Positions 14,068 through 26,478 of a stretch of 64,000 nucleotides of DNA are shown here, in pieces. The notes beneath the pieces are model-generated. The model worked only from the letters and a program-made list of their open reading frames with translations, was not told the DNA's origin and did no database searches. Both the position numbers and the translations under genes were made by a program. Each line of letters starts with the position of its first letter. The stretch's first letter is position 1. The stretch comes from Azolla caroliniana. Its lineage: Eukaryota > Plantae > Polypodiophyta. The stretch lies in assembly GCA_043228905.1 (NCBI GenBank), contig JBHGNT010000004.1, positions 22,754,001 through 22,818,000 of the forward strand. Reading direction: 5' to 3'.

Positions 14068-16790
14068 TTGCGTCTAAATCGTAGTCTAATGTCTGTTGGT
14101 CGGCTTGATGACAATGGATATAAGGTGATATTTGCTTCCCAATCCTTTTGTATAACGAAAGGAAATATGATTATTGCAAAGGGAACAAAGTTGGTTCCCT
14201 CTACCCTCTATTTGTTCATCAAAAAGAACATTTGTTGGTTGTCACATACCAACCAATGACAAACATTTGGCATGACCATTTAGGCCACATGTCATGAAAT
14301 GATATGGAAGTTTTATCTCGTTATGGCTACTTACCTAAGTTGTCATTCTTTGATTTTGCATTATGTGAACATTTTCAACATGGTAAGCAAACTAGAAGTG
14401 CACATAAGACCAATGTTAACTCATCCACTAGACCATTGGATCATGTTCACACTGATGTTTGTGGAACTATGCCCACAAGATCTTTGGGTGGTGCATTGTA
14501 TTTTGTTACTTTTATTTATGATGCCACTAGGAAAGTTTGGGTTTATCCGATTAAGGGAAAGGATGATGTATACCCTACTTTCAGAAAATGGCTTAGTTCG
14601 ATTGAGTTGGAAAAAGACATAAAGCTTAAGGCTTTATGTTTGGACAATGGAGGTGAGTATACCTCTCATGCATTTGGTGACTTATGTATGTCTAGAGGCA
14701 TTCAGAGAGAGTTTACAACTCCTTACACCCCTATCCAAAATGGTGTGGCTGAGAGGGTGAATATAATCATCCTGGACAAAGTTGTCTCTATGTTACATCA
14801 TGCAAACCTCTCACAAGGTTTTTGGGCAGAAGCTGTTTTAACAACAGTCCATGTGATTAATCTATCACCGAACGCATCCATAGGTCTAAAAGTGGCACAA
14901 GAGTTGTTGACAGGCAAGACACCTCATTATGCTCATCTTAGAGTTTTTGGATGCGAAGCATACGTAATTGATGGGCAGTTTGGATATCGCTTATGGGACC
15001 CTGACACATGTACTGTGGTCAGAAGTAGTGATGTTTTTTATGAGAACAAAATGCATAAACATTCCGTAAAGGAGGTAGAAGTGAGAAAGGTTGTGTTTAA
15101 AAATATTATGTCTTCTGTTGATGTAAAACATAAAAAACTTATTGGTGTAGATGCTTCTACATGTGGTCAATCACGAAAAACTGTTATTGGTCAATCTGAT
15201 GATGCCCAAATGATGATGCTCAACACAATGATGTGCAAAATGATGATTTTCAGCAAGAATATGTCATGTCTTCAAAGCTCCTAGTAAGTTTGTTGATTAT
15301 GTAATGCTAACAGATGCTGGTGAGCCTACATGTTACAATGAAGCCATATTTGTTCATGATCATGCTAAATGGAAACAAGTGATGCAAAATGAGTTGGATA
15401 GTATCCATAAGAATGGAACTTGGGATTTAGTGCCTTTGCCAAAAGGTAGGAAAGCACTACCGTGTAAATGGGTGTATAAATACAAATACACATATGATAG
15501 TATTCATTCAAAGTATATAGCTCGCATTATGGCAAAAGGTTTTAAACAAGAACAAGGAATCGATTTTGATGAAATCTTCTCTCCGGTAGTCAAGTTGACT
15601 ACATTACGAATGATGCTTGCTTTGGTTGCCAAGAATGATATTGATTTATTTCAAATGGATGTAAAAATTGGAGATCTCGATGAAGAGATCTATATGGAGC
15701 AACCAAAGGTTTTTGAAGATTATGGGAAAATGCCTTTGGTATGTAAACTTAAGAAAAGTTGATATGGTCTTAAGCAATCACCGCAAAAATGGTATAAAAA
15801 ATTCGATCCTTTTATGAGGTCCCAAATTATGCTAGGAGTAATGAAGATCCATGCTTACATACGAAGAAATGTATAGATGACTCATATGTGATTTTGATAC
15901 TCTATGTAGATGACATACTCATCGCCGGTAAAAACAAGGACGAGCTGTCCAAACTAAAGAAAAATCGGAGTCAAACCTTTGATATGAAAGATTTGGGAAA
16001 TGCTAAACACATCATTGGAATGTGTATTACTCGGGATAAGAGTAATGGATATATTTATTTGTCTCAATCTAAGTATGTATGCAAAATACTCAAGAGGTTT
16101 AATATGGAGAATGCAAAGCCTTTGAGCACTCCATTATCTATGCATGTTAAATTGAGTAAAGATGAATGCCCCAAATCTAATCATGAAAAGGAGTTCATGA
16201 GTAAAATTCCTTAGCAGTCAGTTGTTAGTAGTCTTATGTACGCTATGATAGCGACTAGGCCAGACATTGCTTTTGCAGTGGGAGTTGTGAGTAGATTTTT
16301 GTCAAACTCTAGTAAGAAACATTGGGAGGCAGTTAAATTGATATTAAGATATCTGTGTGGCACTAAGAATAGGTGTCTATGTTTAGGTGGCGGAAATGTA
16401 TCCATTATTGGATATACAGATTCTAATTATGCTGGTTGTTATGACAATAGAAAATCCACTTCAGGGCACATTTTTCAATTTATGGGAGGTGCCATATCTT
16501 GGAGATCTCGTCTCCAAGAATGAACTGCTTTGTCCATTACAGAAGCAGAGTATGTTGCAACTAGCGAAGCATGCAAGGAAGCCGTATGGTTGTCCTGATT
16601 AGCTTGTGACATGGGCATACCTAAACTTGCACCCATATTGTTTTGTGATAGTCATAGTGTTATTGCATTGGCTAAAAACCTAGTATACCATGCAAAGACC
16701 AAGCTCACTGGAGTGAGATATCACTTCATTCGAGAATGCATAGTTGCTGGCTACATCAGTCTTGAGAAAGTTCTCTCAAGAAAATGCCGC
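14068..16790 (+). pseudogene. Disrupted copia pol (GAG-pre-integrase, integrase, RT, RNase H)
   Basis: SLMSVGRLDDNGY; HTDVCG...DNGGEY...TPIQNGVAER (integrase); WDLVPLPKGRKALPCKWVYK and LYVDDILI (RT); GYTDSNYAG...RKSTSG and FCDSHS (RNase H). Several stops and frameshifts. Confidence 0.92.
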
Positions 16791-16918
16791 ATGATGCGCT
16801 AGAACATTGTTGTCACTTGGTGGGAATTACTTAGGTGTTAAGGTTTACACACTATTTTTGTATATTGTGTAACATCCTCATCAAGTAGGGATGTGTAGGT
16901 CTTGTGCAATCTTCCCAC

Positions 16919-17286
16919 GAAACCGAACCGTTTAGAGATGTTGAAACCTAAACTGGACCGAACTAAACCACAAAACCGTTAAACCGAACTATTAAAAAGA
17001 TTTCAAACCGGTAAGCCATTAAACCGGTAAAACCACGATTTCGTGGTTTGGTTTCGGTTTTCAACTTAGGTCAAATTTAAAATTTTAAAAATTTTCCGAA
17101 AATGTGAGAATAAGGCATGAAAATGAAAAGATTATTTAAAAGCAATTTTTAAAAATTTCTAAAAAAATAAAAAACCGTTAAACCGTTCAAACCGTGGGCT
17201 TTAATAGTTGAAACTGAACCAAACCATTAAAAAAAACCTGAACCGAACCGTTTAAACTGTTAAGCCGCGATTTCACGGTTCGGTTC
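16919..17286. mobile_element. Internal fragment of the same hAT-type MITE family, inside the copia 3' UTR
   Basis: Near-collinear with 9760-10125 (aaccgaacc.tttagagatgttgaaacctaaa...gtgagaataaggcatgaaaatgaaaagattattt). Terminal inverted repeats are missing. Confidence 0.8.
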
Positions 17287-17328
17287 CATCAACTTTGTTG
17301 ATCCCTTGTTTGGCCTTTAGTGAGAGAT

Positions 17329-17519
17329 TGATAGATATGTAGTGAGAAAGAGGCGAAACAGGTAATTTCTCACTATTTATGAATAGGTATATAACTTAAT
17401 AAAAAATGAGGGTTTTTTACGTGCCAAAATATATATATATATATTTTTTGTGTCTTCTTTTTCACCATTCTTCTGCAGGAAAAACAGCAGCTCGTTCGCT
17501 TCCCGTTGCTCCTCCAACA
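17329..17519 (+). repeat. Copia 3' LTR, ending 34 bp upstream of the DRM ATG
   Basis: TG...CA termini, TATATAA at 17388-17394, TSD TCCTT immediately after. Confidence 0.9.
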
Positions 17520-17553
17520 TCCTTTTCTCCTCTGGTTTCAGAAAACCTAATTC

Positions 17554-20500
17554 ATGGACCTCAGGCCAGAGCAAAGAAAGAACATGTTGAGATTGGTTAA
17601 CTATGACTGCGCCGATTCAGATCAAGAGGAGGAAGAAGGGTCTTCTTCTTGTAAAAGTCCTCCCAAGAAGAAATTGAAGTTCGTGAATTGGTATGCATAT
17701 TCGGGGGTGTCATCTTCTTTGGTAAGTCTCAGTTCGAAAAATCATTATATATATGCTCGTATTTTCTTCTAATTTTTGTTTACGGAGTCGTACTTGGAGG
17801 TGCCATCTTCTTTGGCAAGTCTTTGATTGAAAAGTTGATAGATAAATTAACATGTTTGGGTGCGTGTTTATGTATATGTGTGTGCGTCTTTATGATTTTA
17901 GTGGTACCTTCCGTCTTTCTTCTAAATTCTTCTATCGCAACCTGTGTCTGTATGTTAAAGTCCCCAGATTTGAGGCTTTAACCTTACCCATCTTTCTCAG
18001 ATTGCTTAGAGCCCGATTTCTCATGTTAGTTGTGGCACTAATTTCTTGAATTGGATCATCTTTCCAATTACTTATCGAACTTGTTTCTCATATTAGAGAT
18101 TGATATCTATCAATTCTAGCGGGAACCTATGTTAGTTCGTTTACATCAACTTACAATCATCTCTTCAAGTCTAGTTGTAAAAAAGTGATGTGCGGTTTAT
18201 GTATCTCATGACATCTTATTATATTCTTAATCTTGCAGTTTGCATGTCATATATAGTCTGACAAGTTTCTGTATTAAGTTTGGCAATGCAGATGATGATG
18301 GAGAAAAAGCTGAAATATCATTGGAAAAGCTGCAGCATATGGGTTTTAGTATTGAACGTGTGCAAAATGCATCTGCAAAATGTAGTACGTGTTTGGATTT
18401 CCAACGAAGTTTCATGCCTCATTTCAAGTAAAATATTCTCTTCTTTGAGATCATAGTATTTGCAGATAGTATTGATTTTGACGACATTTTGGAGTATTTG
18501 ATAGATGAACAAAAACAACAGGTGCTACATGAGTTAGAGGTACAATCACATGGCTAAATTAGAATATCTTCTTTCACTCCTTAGACAACAATTAACTGTT
18601 GTACAACATTTTTACTTACTATAGAAGGTGAGCAATAAGTAGCTGTTTTGGAGCTATTATAATATGTTGAAGGACAGGTTTTTCAGTTTAACTTCTTAAA
18701 ATAGAATGAAATGACCCATCGTTCAAGAATTTTCCGTTCTTACAGATTGTGGTTATTGTTGCTTATTTGCATTCTACACTGAAGCTATTGGATGATCTTC
18801 CCTCGTTTCACAAGACGTATTTGTTATGTAAAACTGAAATTTATACATCTGCTTTCTAAATACATGGCTTGTATCCTTATTGCTTTACCCGTTCAAATGA
18901 TGAGCTCATGTATACAAATGGGCAAAACCCTAGTTTCTGGACACTTAATTTCCATGCCCTGGGGGGTATTAATTGTCCTCTATTTTGTTGCTAGACTTTC
19001 ACAGCACGACGGTAAAGAGCTGGATGATATAAAACATCTATTTATATCTGTTAGGATAAGTTCGCAGGTCACACGAGTGCTAAAAATGCAAGTCTAACAT
19101 AATTCCTAACAATGAACAGTGTGGACGAGAACAGAGATGTTGCGCTCCAAAATGGTGGTCATGGTGAAGCCTTAAGAGCCTTTGTTTGGATAGTCTCTGT
19201 GAGTATATCTACTATCCTTGCCCCTTGAAAAAGAATTGAAAGTCGATTTTGGATAGAACCCTTGTTAGTAAAATATATACCAAAAATGAACAATAAACAG
19301 TGTGGACAAGGCCAACGATGTTGCTCTGAAGTGGTGGCGTGAAGCTTTGAGAGAATTGAAACTTGATTATTTGGATAAGAGTCTTTGTGAGTATAATTTT
19401 GGGTAGAGTATTTGGGAGTAGATCTACTACCCTTGCCCCTAGAGAAAAAATTGAAAGCTGATTTTGGATAGAGCCTTTGTGATAAATCTTCTACATTTGC
19501 CTTCTTTGGGCATACATATAGAATACATATAATAATAAGCCAAAGCATGTTTACTACATCAATCTTCCGTCAGGTACTGGGGCATAATGATAGAGCACCT
19601 CAATTTTCTTTGCGGAAGCATGAAATATTAAATTGTACATGTTTATTACATCAGTCTTTCTTCAGGTAGTCTTTTTAACGAGCATAATGAGGGAGCACCT
19701 CAATGGTCTTTTTGGTAGCATGAAATATTAAATTTCTTGAAATTGTTGCTCCTTGACAGTTTGTAAACATGCAAGTAGTTTCTTTCGCCCACATTTTAAA
19801 TTGGCAAGAAATGAAACACATTTCAATGTGGTGGTTAAATTCTACCCTGTATGCCACAACCTCTCTTCAGGTTTTTACTTGGTCAGTCTACATAACCATG
19901 TGCAAAACAGTAGTCACCCATGCATCATAACTTCCAGCCTAATGTTTAATGCCTAATCAAACCTGAACCTCCATTGGTCAAATGGGTTCTGTCATCCTTG
20001 TCATTTTGCAGATTCCAGTTCAATGCTTAATTACATTCAAACCTCCATTGATCAAAGACCATGTCCCTCGTGGTTTTTCGCAAGTCGAATATTATAGCTT
20101 CCTTGAGCAGTAATAGTATCCTGTGGGGCAACCTGTTTTTTGGGTGTGCCCCATTAGATATCAGTGGCTTCCACTATGTATTGTGAGGTGTTTTTTCTAC
20201 CGAAAAATTAATAGTAATGGAGAATGGTATAGCTTCCTACAATGCCATGAAACATTCATCTTTGGAACTGGAAGTTTGTAATTTAGGCTTGATTAAAATA
20301 TCCATGTTTGGATAGGTGAGTGAAAGCTTGAGAATGCAATACAAGCAAACGCCTAAATAAAGTTTCTTGTTCTAGATAGTAGTTTGCATGAAGTGACCCA
20401 GTTGCAAAGTGTTTGGTGCATCACAACAAAGGTCAAAACCTTTAAAAAATGGTCTAAACTAAGATTCGACAATGGAGGAACCACTTGCGTTGGAACTAAT

Positions 20501-23500
20501 TACATTCATCCTTCCATGTCGCCACATAATAATATCCTCTTCCAGGTGTAGGAAATTAACGCCAAAATAGTAATGCTATTTCCTCCCAAAGAGTACTCTG
20601 CCAGAGTGTTTATGTCAATCTCATGGATTGTCCCTGACAAAATAGGTTTGCAAGAAAGATATACTTTCATAGGACTTTCTATGTATATACTTATCTGACC
20701 ATGGACGTAGTCTACTGTATATACTATATACTACATTTTTAGACATGGGGTTAAAACTTATCTGACCATGGACGTAGTCTACTGTATATACTATGTACTA
20801 CATTTTTAGACATGGGGTTAAAACTTAAATCACGAATATTCTATCTTCCTTCATGAAGGTCCCCCCTGCAGATCAAAATGAGGAATTGACTACAACGCCC
20901 TCTCAAAAGATACAGCAAATGGGTTTCACTAATGAAACCGTCCTCAAGGCATCAGAAAAATGCAGTATGCTATAAATTGAACATTATTATTATATATTTC
21001 TTTCAGAAGTAGAAGGTTTCCTTAAGTTAATTCAATATCTTTGCAGATAGCATTGATGTCAATGATATTTTGGAGTATCTAATGAATGGAGAACATGAGG
21101 TGAAAATTTATTCGGCCAAAAAACTCATTATGTACTATGAAGTCTGAGAATCTGCAATGATGCTGTCAATCTAAGAGTAGTAGAGTAGTGTTGAATTCTG
21201 TTTAAAAAATTTGAGCATTAGATTTTGCTGATTGGTGTCTTTTGAAGGGTGAAACTACAGCAGACCAAGATGAAGAGGTAACAGCCTCACAAAAGCTGCA
21301 GCAAATGGGTTTTTGTATTGAGACAGTTCAAAGGGCATCAACAAAATGCAGTAGGTTTTCGTGTTTAATTATAGTTTATTACTGTTACTGAATGCACCTT
21401 ACTTTTCCAGTTTGGGCTTTACCGTTAACATCGAATCAAATGTATATATGTGCAGGTAGTATTGATGTGGCTGACATTTTGGAGTGTTTACTAAATGGAA
21501 ACGATCACAATGAAACTTCTTCTGAAAATGAGGTAAAACGTTTCAAAAAACATTTGCTCTTAGAGCTCTTCCTATTCCTTATAGAATTATTTTTCGTTCA
21601 TGTGGGACTGCAATTGATCATTTCTCTTTTGATTTGGTCATATGTAGATTGTTTACATAGTTTTTCTGTGTTTTGATGGGAGCTGTTATGTTTTTTTGGG
21701 AAGATGGATTCTGACGATGAGAACTCTGTTCTGCACTCTGATGATGATCCCCGAATGGACGAAAGCCACATACAAGACTGGAAATGTGTAAGAAGTACTG
21801 GACCTCAAAAAACATAATAGTCATTATTACTTTTCATTTGATCAGAAAATGAATATTCCATGGTGTGACTACTTGTCTGGGGATGAAAGATGTTTCCACC
21901 TCAAGAAAACCCTTATTAAGTTATTTGATCAGAAAATGGATATGCCATCATATGACTACTTATATGAGGAGGAAGGGTGGTGTTTTCCATTCACAAAAAT
22001 CCTTATAACCATAACTTGATCTTTTTATCTTTCATAATTTGATCTTCACTGCAGTCACTTGTATGAGGAGGAAGGATGTTTCTACTTCAAGAAAATCCTT
22101 ACTAAGTTATTTGATCAGAAAATGAATATGTCATCATATGACTACTTATATGAGGAAGAAGGGTGTTTCCATTTCAAGAAAATCCTTATAACCATAACTT
22201 GATCTTTTTATCTTTCATAATTTGATCTTCACTGCAGTCACTTGTAGGAGGAGGAAGGATGTTTCTACTTCAAGAAAATCCTTACTAAGTTATTTGATCA
22301 GAAAATGAATATGTCATCATATGACTACTTATATGAGGAAGAAGGGTGTTTCCATTTCAAGAAAATCCTTATAACCATAACTTGATCTTTTTAACTTTCA
22401 TAATTTGATCTTCACTGCAGTCACTTGTAGGAGGAGGAAGGATGTTTCTACTTCAAGAAAATCCTTACTAAGTTATTTGATCAGAAAATGAATATGTCAT
22501 CATATGACTACTTATATGAGGAAGAAGGGTGTTTCCATTTCAAGAAAATCCTTATAACCATAACTTGATCTTTTTATCTTTCATAATTTGATCTTTACTG
22601 TTCAGGTAAAACAATGTAAAAAAACTGGGATGCCTATGGATGAAGAAGCTAGCTCCTCATATCACCCATCTGTCAAGCTGAAATGGCCAAAGAAAGAGGT
22701 GGATCTATGGTACTCATATATTGGGGGCCAGAGGAGGATAAAGCAGTGCAATGTACCATTATTAAGAATATGCAGAAGAAAGATGGCAAGTCCAAACCCG
22801 AAGATGAGGGGGTTCGGGATTCCTCATCAGTTTCTAGGCCGACCAAAGCCATTGCCCGAGTCAATGGAAGGGCCACCATATTTTTACTTTGAAAATGTGG
22901 CAAGTGCCCCTAAGATGGAATGGGAGACCATAAAGAGACACTTTAATGGTGTGGATCCAGAGATTGTAGATTCAATGTTCTTTTCAGCTTGCAGACGACC
23001 AAGAGGGTATGTTCATAATTTGCCACTTGAAGATAGAAAGCTTGTGTTACCCACACCTCCCATGACTATATTTGAGGTTCTCCCATATACAACTCAATTC
23101 TGGCCTCATTGGGATACTCGAGAAAAGCTGAATTGCATAAGCACCGGAAGAGCCAGCAACTCTTTTTGTGGGTTAATCAGGAGGTTCTTCAAGAACGGGG
23201 ACAAAGAGATCCCCATACACGAGAAACGGGAAATCCTACAAGGCTTGAAAAAGTGGAATTTGGTATGGGTAGGGCCAGGTCAAGTTGCCCCACTTGAACC
23301 ATATGAAATAGAATTGTTCTTGGGGTTTGACAAAGACCATACTAGGGGATGCTCGGCAATGTCTGATCGATATGAAGCCCTAGGAAATTCGTTCCAAGTG
23401 GACACTGTGGCGTACCATTTGTCTCCACTAAGGTATTTGTACCCAGATGGTATTGTTGTTTACTCCTTGTTCTCGGGTATTGGAGGTGGAGAAGTAGCCT

Positions 23501-23841
23501 TACATAAGCTAGGTTTGTTTGTAAAAGTACTTGTGGCAGTTGAACGTAACGCAAAATTGCGATTAGTTATAGCAAGTTGGTGGAAGAAGTCACACCAAAA
23601 AGGAGAGCTAATCTTGAAAGAGGACGTTAAAGATCTTACTTATGAAGCATTGTCAGGATTGATAGATAAGGTGGGGAAAATTGACCTCATAATAGGAGGG
23701 AGCCCATGCAACAATTTGTCAGGAAACAATCGGGTTTCGAGGGTTGGTCTAAGTGGGAAAGAGTCCAGTCTATTCTTTGAATTCCCAAGGGTTCTCAATA
23801 TTGTAAAGCAAATTATTAGTGAAAGAGAAAAACAATACTGA
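17554..23841 (+). CDS. DRM2: DOMAINS REARRANGED METHYLTRANSFERASE (DRM1/2-like) de novo DNA cytosine-5 methyltransferase, ~665 aa. Predicted exons: 17554-17690, 18239-18384, 18466-18521, 20859-20964, 21047-21099, 21248-21350, 21456-21532, 21704-21787, 22606-23841
   Basis: Circularly permuted motifs in the last exon: PPYFYFENV (VI), RPRGY (VIII), LGNSFQVDTVAYHLS (X), SLFSGIGG (I), GGSPCNNL (IV, catalytic Cys present). Upstream are three UBA-like xxMGF...ILEYL modules. Splice phases are compatible across all 9 exons. The exon 1-2 junction is less certain than the rest. Confidence 0.9.
20689..20826. repeat. 67-bp near-perfect tandem duplication in DRM intron 3
   Basis: acttatctgaccatggacgtagtctactg...gacatggggttaaa at 20689 and 20756. 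Confidence 0.9.
21836..22605. repeat. 183-bp tandem array (~4 units) filling DRM intron 8
   Basis: gatcagaaaatg anchor at 21840, 21927, 22113, 22296 and 22479. The last three units are nearly identical. Confidence 0.93.
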
Positions 23842-26478
23842 TTGGTTGAAAATAATTGAACTTTTCTGGTTCTAATGGACTTTTGTCATAACCATTTCAT
23901 GTTATTCCCATGATGCATATGTATAATACATAATGCTTGTAAATGATGTTGGAGTTCAGAATTGCATAGAATTGTCATTTTGCATTCAAAAACATGGTTT
24001 TCAATGATTACTTGGTAATGTCTCCCTAACAACTCTGAGCACCATGTTTTGAATGATTACTTGGTAATAACTTCCCCCAAATCATAAAGTTTAACAACTA
24101 TGAGCATAGGTTTGCTAGTTGTGATAGAATTCGTGAAGCTTCATTAAATATAGTATTCTTTCTACTAATGTTGACATGATGTACGGTCACGACTAAAACT
24201 TCTCTTCATTATAATAATAGTAGACTTGACGAAGGAAAAACCTTTTTTGTGTTGATAGTTAGGATGCAATAATATATGGTCATTGTTGTGTCAACGATTA
24301 AAATAAAAAATTAGGAGACGGACATGATTGTTGAAAAATGTATCCATCCTCGTATGATTCTTAATGGGTGGTATCGTATTTAAGACCCCTCTTTTTCCCA
24401 CTAGTATTATCGCCCCATATTTTCAAGGTTGATTACCGAATGCCACCTTACTTTCAAGCATCATTCTTCTTGGGTGGGAACTTTTTGTAAGCCCCAAAGC
24501 AATATACAATATTGTTGCCCCATCTGTTCAAGGTTGATAAGCTTGTGCCACCTTATTTTCAAGCATTCATGTTATCTAGATTGGGCCTAAGAAGGCCTTA
24601 CATTGTGTGGTAAGAAAACTGATAATAGAACATTGTACTTGTTGCTTTGATCAATTATAGGATGTTGTGAGGTGGGATGTTAGCAAAGAAAAGGTTTGTC
24701 AAGATGTACATAAGAAAAAATGGTCAATGTAAACACTCAAACTAATTGGTGATGCCTTGTGAAGTCCTCACATTGCATTAAATGCAGAAGATGGAATCCG
24801 TGTTTTCCAAACATTGTTAAATATATTGTGATATATTGTGGAATCAAACTCCACTTGAGCTAGAAACAAATATTTCACATTGATTTATGACTATTTTGGA
24901 AAGTACGTATTATCTCAAAAATTCAAATGTAAAAATAGTTTTCTTTTCTTTGAATGAAGAAGCAATGCTCATTAATCATCAATTTGCAAATCTAATTAGT
25001 ATAAATTTTTTTAATAGGGTTGACATTATATATATTGATTTTGAATATGTTTTCCTTGATGTTAGGTCTTCCTTGTGGTAGAGGTTTACTAAAAGGCAAT
25101 CCATCAATCATTTGCAACATCGAGACAATGCATTACTGTGCTTTGCACATAATCTCTTACCTCTATCTCAAACCAAGGTACATTGCAGCCATATATGATG
25201 TGTAAACTAGTTGAGATTTGTGAAACTACAAAACTAAAGAGGTGCATCTCAAATAGAACTTGAAGGGCTCATGTTTGAAAGATGAACTATATATGAACGA
25301 TATCTAATGAACATAAATATCAAATTATGTTAGTGTGCATTCATGCTCCTTCCAATTCTCTCATGTGGGTTGTACGTTATTTTCATCAAGTGTGAGCCTT
25401 GCATATATGATATTCTCTTCATGACTCCCTTGACAAACACTCTTTTTTAAATACTCAAGTCCAATTCACATTCAAACGGACGTAAGTTCTTATTTTATCT
25501 TTTTATATTGCACCCCAACTAAGAGAAAAATCAGGATATCCTGATCGAATAACCTTCAATGTTCCTCAAAAAGCTCAATCTTTTCACTTAAGCCTCTGTA
25601 AACATTGTGATCAACCAAACCATTGCTCCAAAAACACCTATTTGAAGACACCAAGAAACCAGAAACCATCAAGTAACCCATGATCAAATCCATTGATAGT
25701 ACTGTTGTGTACATCCAATCTACCAGCGCAATCATGCCAGCTTCTGGGATTGGAAAATGCCACGTGCTCGTAGAAAGCACAAGAAAATAAAAACAATTTT
25801 GGGTCTTAAGGATTCCCTTAACAAATGGTAATTTAACCAGCACTTTTAATGATCTCTTTGAGATGCTATGCATGTAAACGTTTATGAGCATCAGAGATTC
25901 AGATCAACAAGTTGGACACATTCCGCATGTTGGGATTTTCGTTTGATCCCCTCCAGTTTTATCTTTTCCTTAACCCGCCCGTGCTATCTTCTTCTCAAGT
26001 TCTTCTTCCATTTCCTTAAAATCCCATCACATTCCCCTCTCTTTTGTTATTATAATGTAATATTTTGCCCATTCACAAGATAAATGAGCTGCCCTTCTCC
26101 ATTTATTCACTGCATATGATATGCTAAAGGTTGTGAATCGTAAAAGACTTAGGGATTTCCTCACTACTACTACGCTATATACATATATATAGTAATGTTC
26201 TCTTTATGAGGGTGAATTTCTTCGGATCAGCTTATGAATTATGCAGTAATTCTAGCCTTCTAAGAAGTAGGATAATAAAATGATGGTTCGTGTGCACTTT
26301 GAAGGTGAACCCTCTTTATCTGATCAGTTAATGATCATGATTACGGTCATTTAATATACTGGATAACTAGGTGAAACACAATGATGTATTTATTGTATGT
26401 ACTCGTTTAGGGCGAGTTTCTTCAATGATCAGTGGGGTAGAAACAGCATACTAAATGCTGCTACTTTCCATCCTGCCA

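Larger units (their letters stand above)
13554..17519 (+). mobile_element. Ty1/copia LTR retrotransposon, gag-deleted and non-autonomous (~3.97 kb)
   Basis: 5' LTR 13554-13760; 3' LTR 17329-17519 (TG...CA); PBS TGGTATCAGAGC at 13762-13773; purine-rich PPT-like tract before 17329; 5-bp TSD TCCTT at 13549-13553 and 17520-17524; integrase-RT-RNaseH order. Confidence 0.93.

Noticed and set aside
17406-17600. LTR-initiated 64-aa ORF overlapping the DRM start as a regulatory uORF
   Set aside because: Its ATG is only ~12 bp after the LTR TATA and so is probably upstream of any LTR TSS. It cannot be supported without TSS data.
22606-23841. Possibility that the methyltransferase is a catalytically dead DRM3-type or a bacterial-type enzyme
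   Set aside because: The ENV, FSGIGG and SPC motifs are intact, and the permuted motif order with UBA exons is typical of plant DRM1/2.
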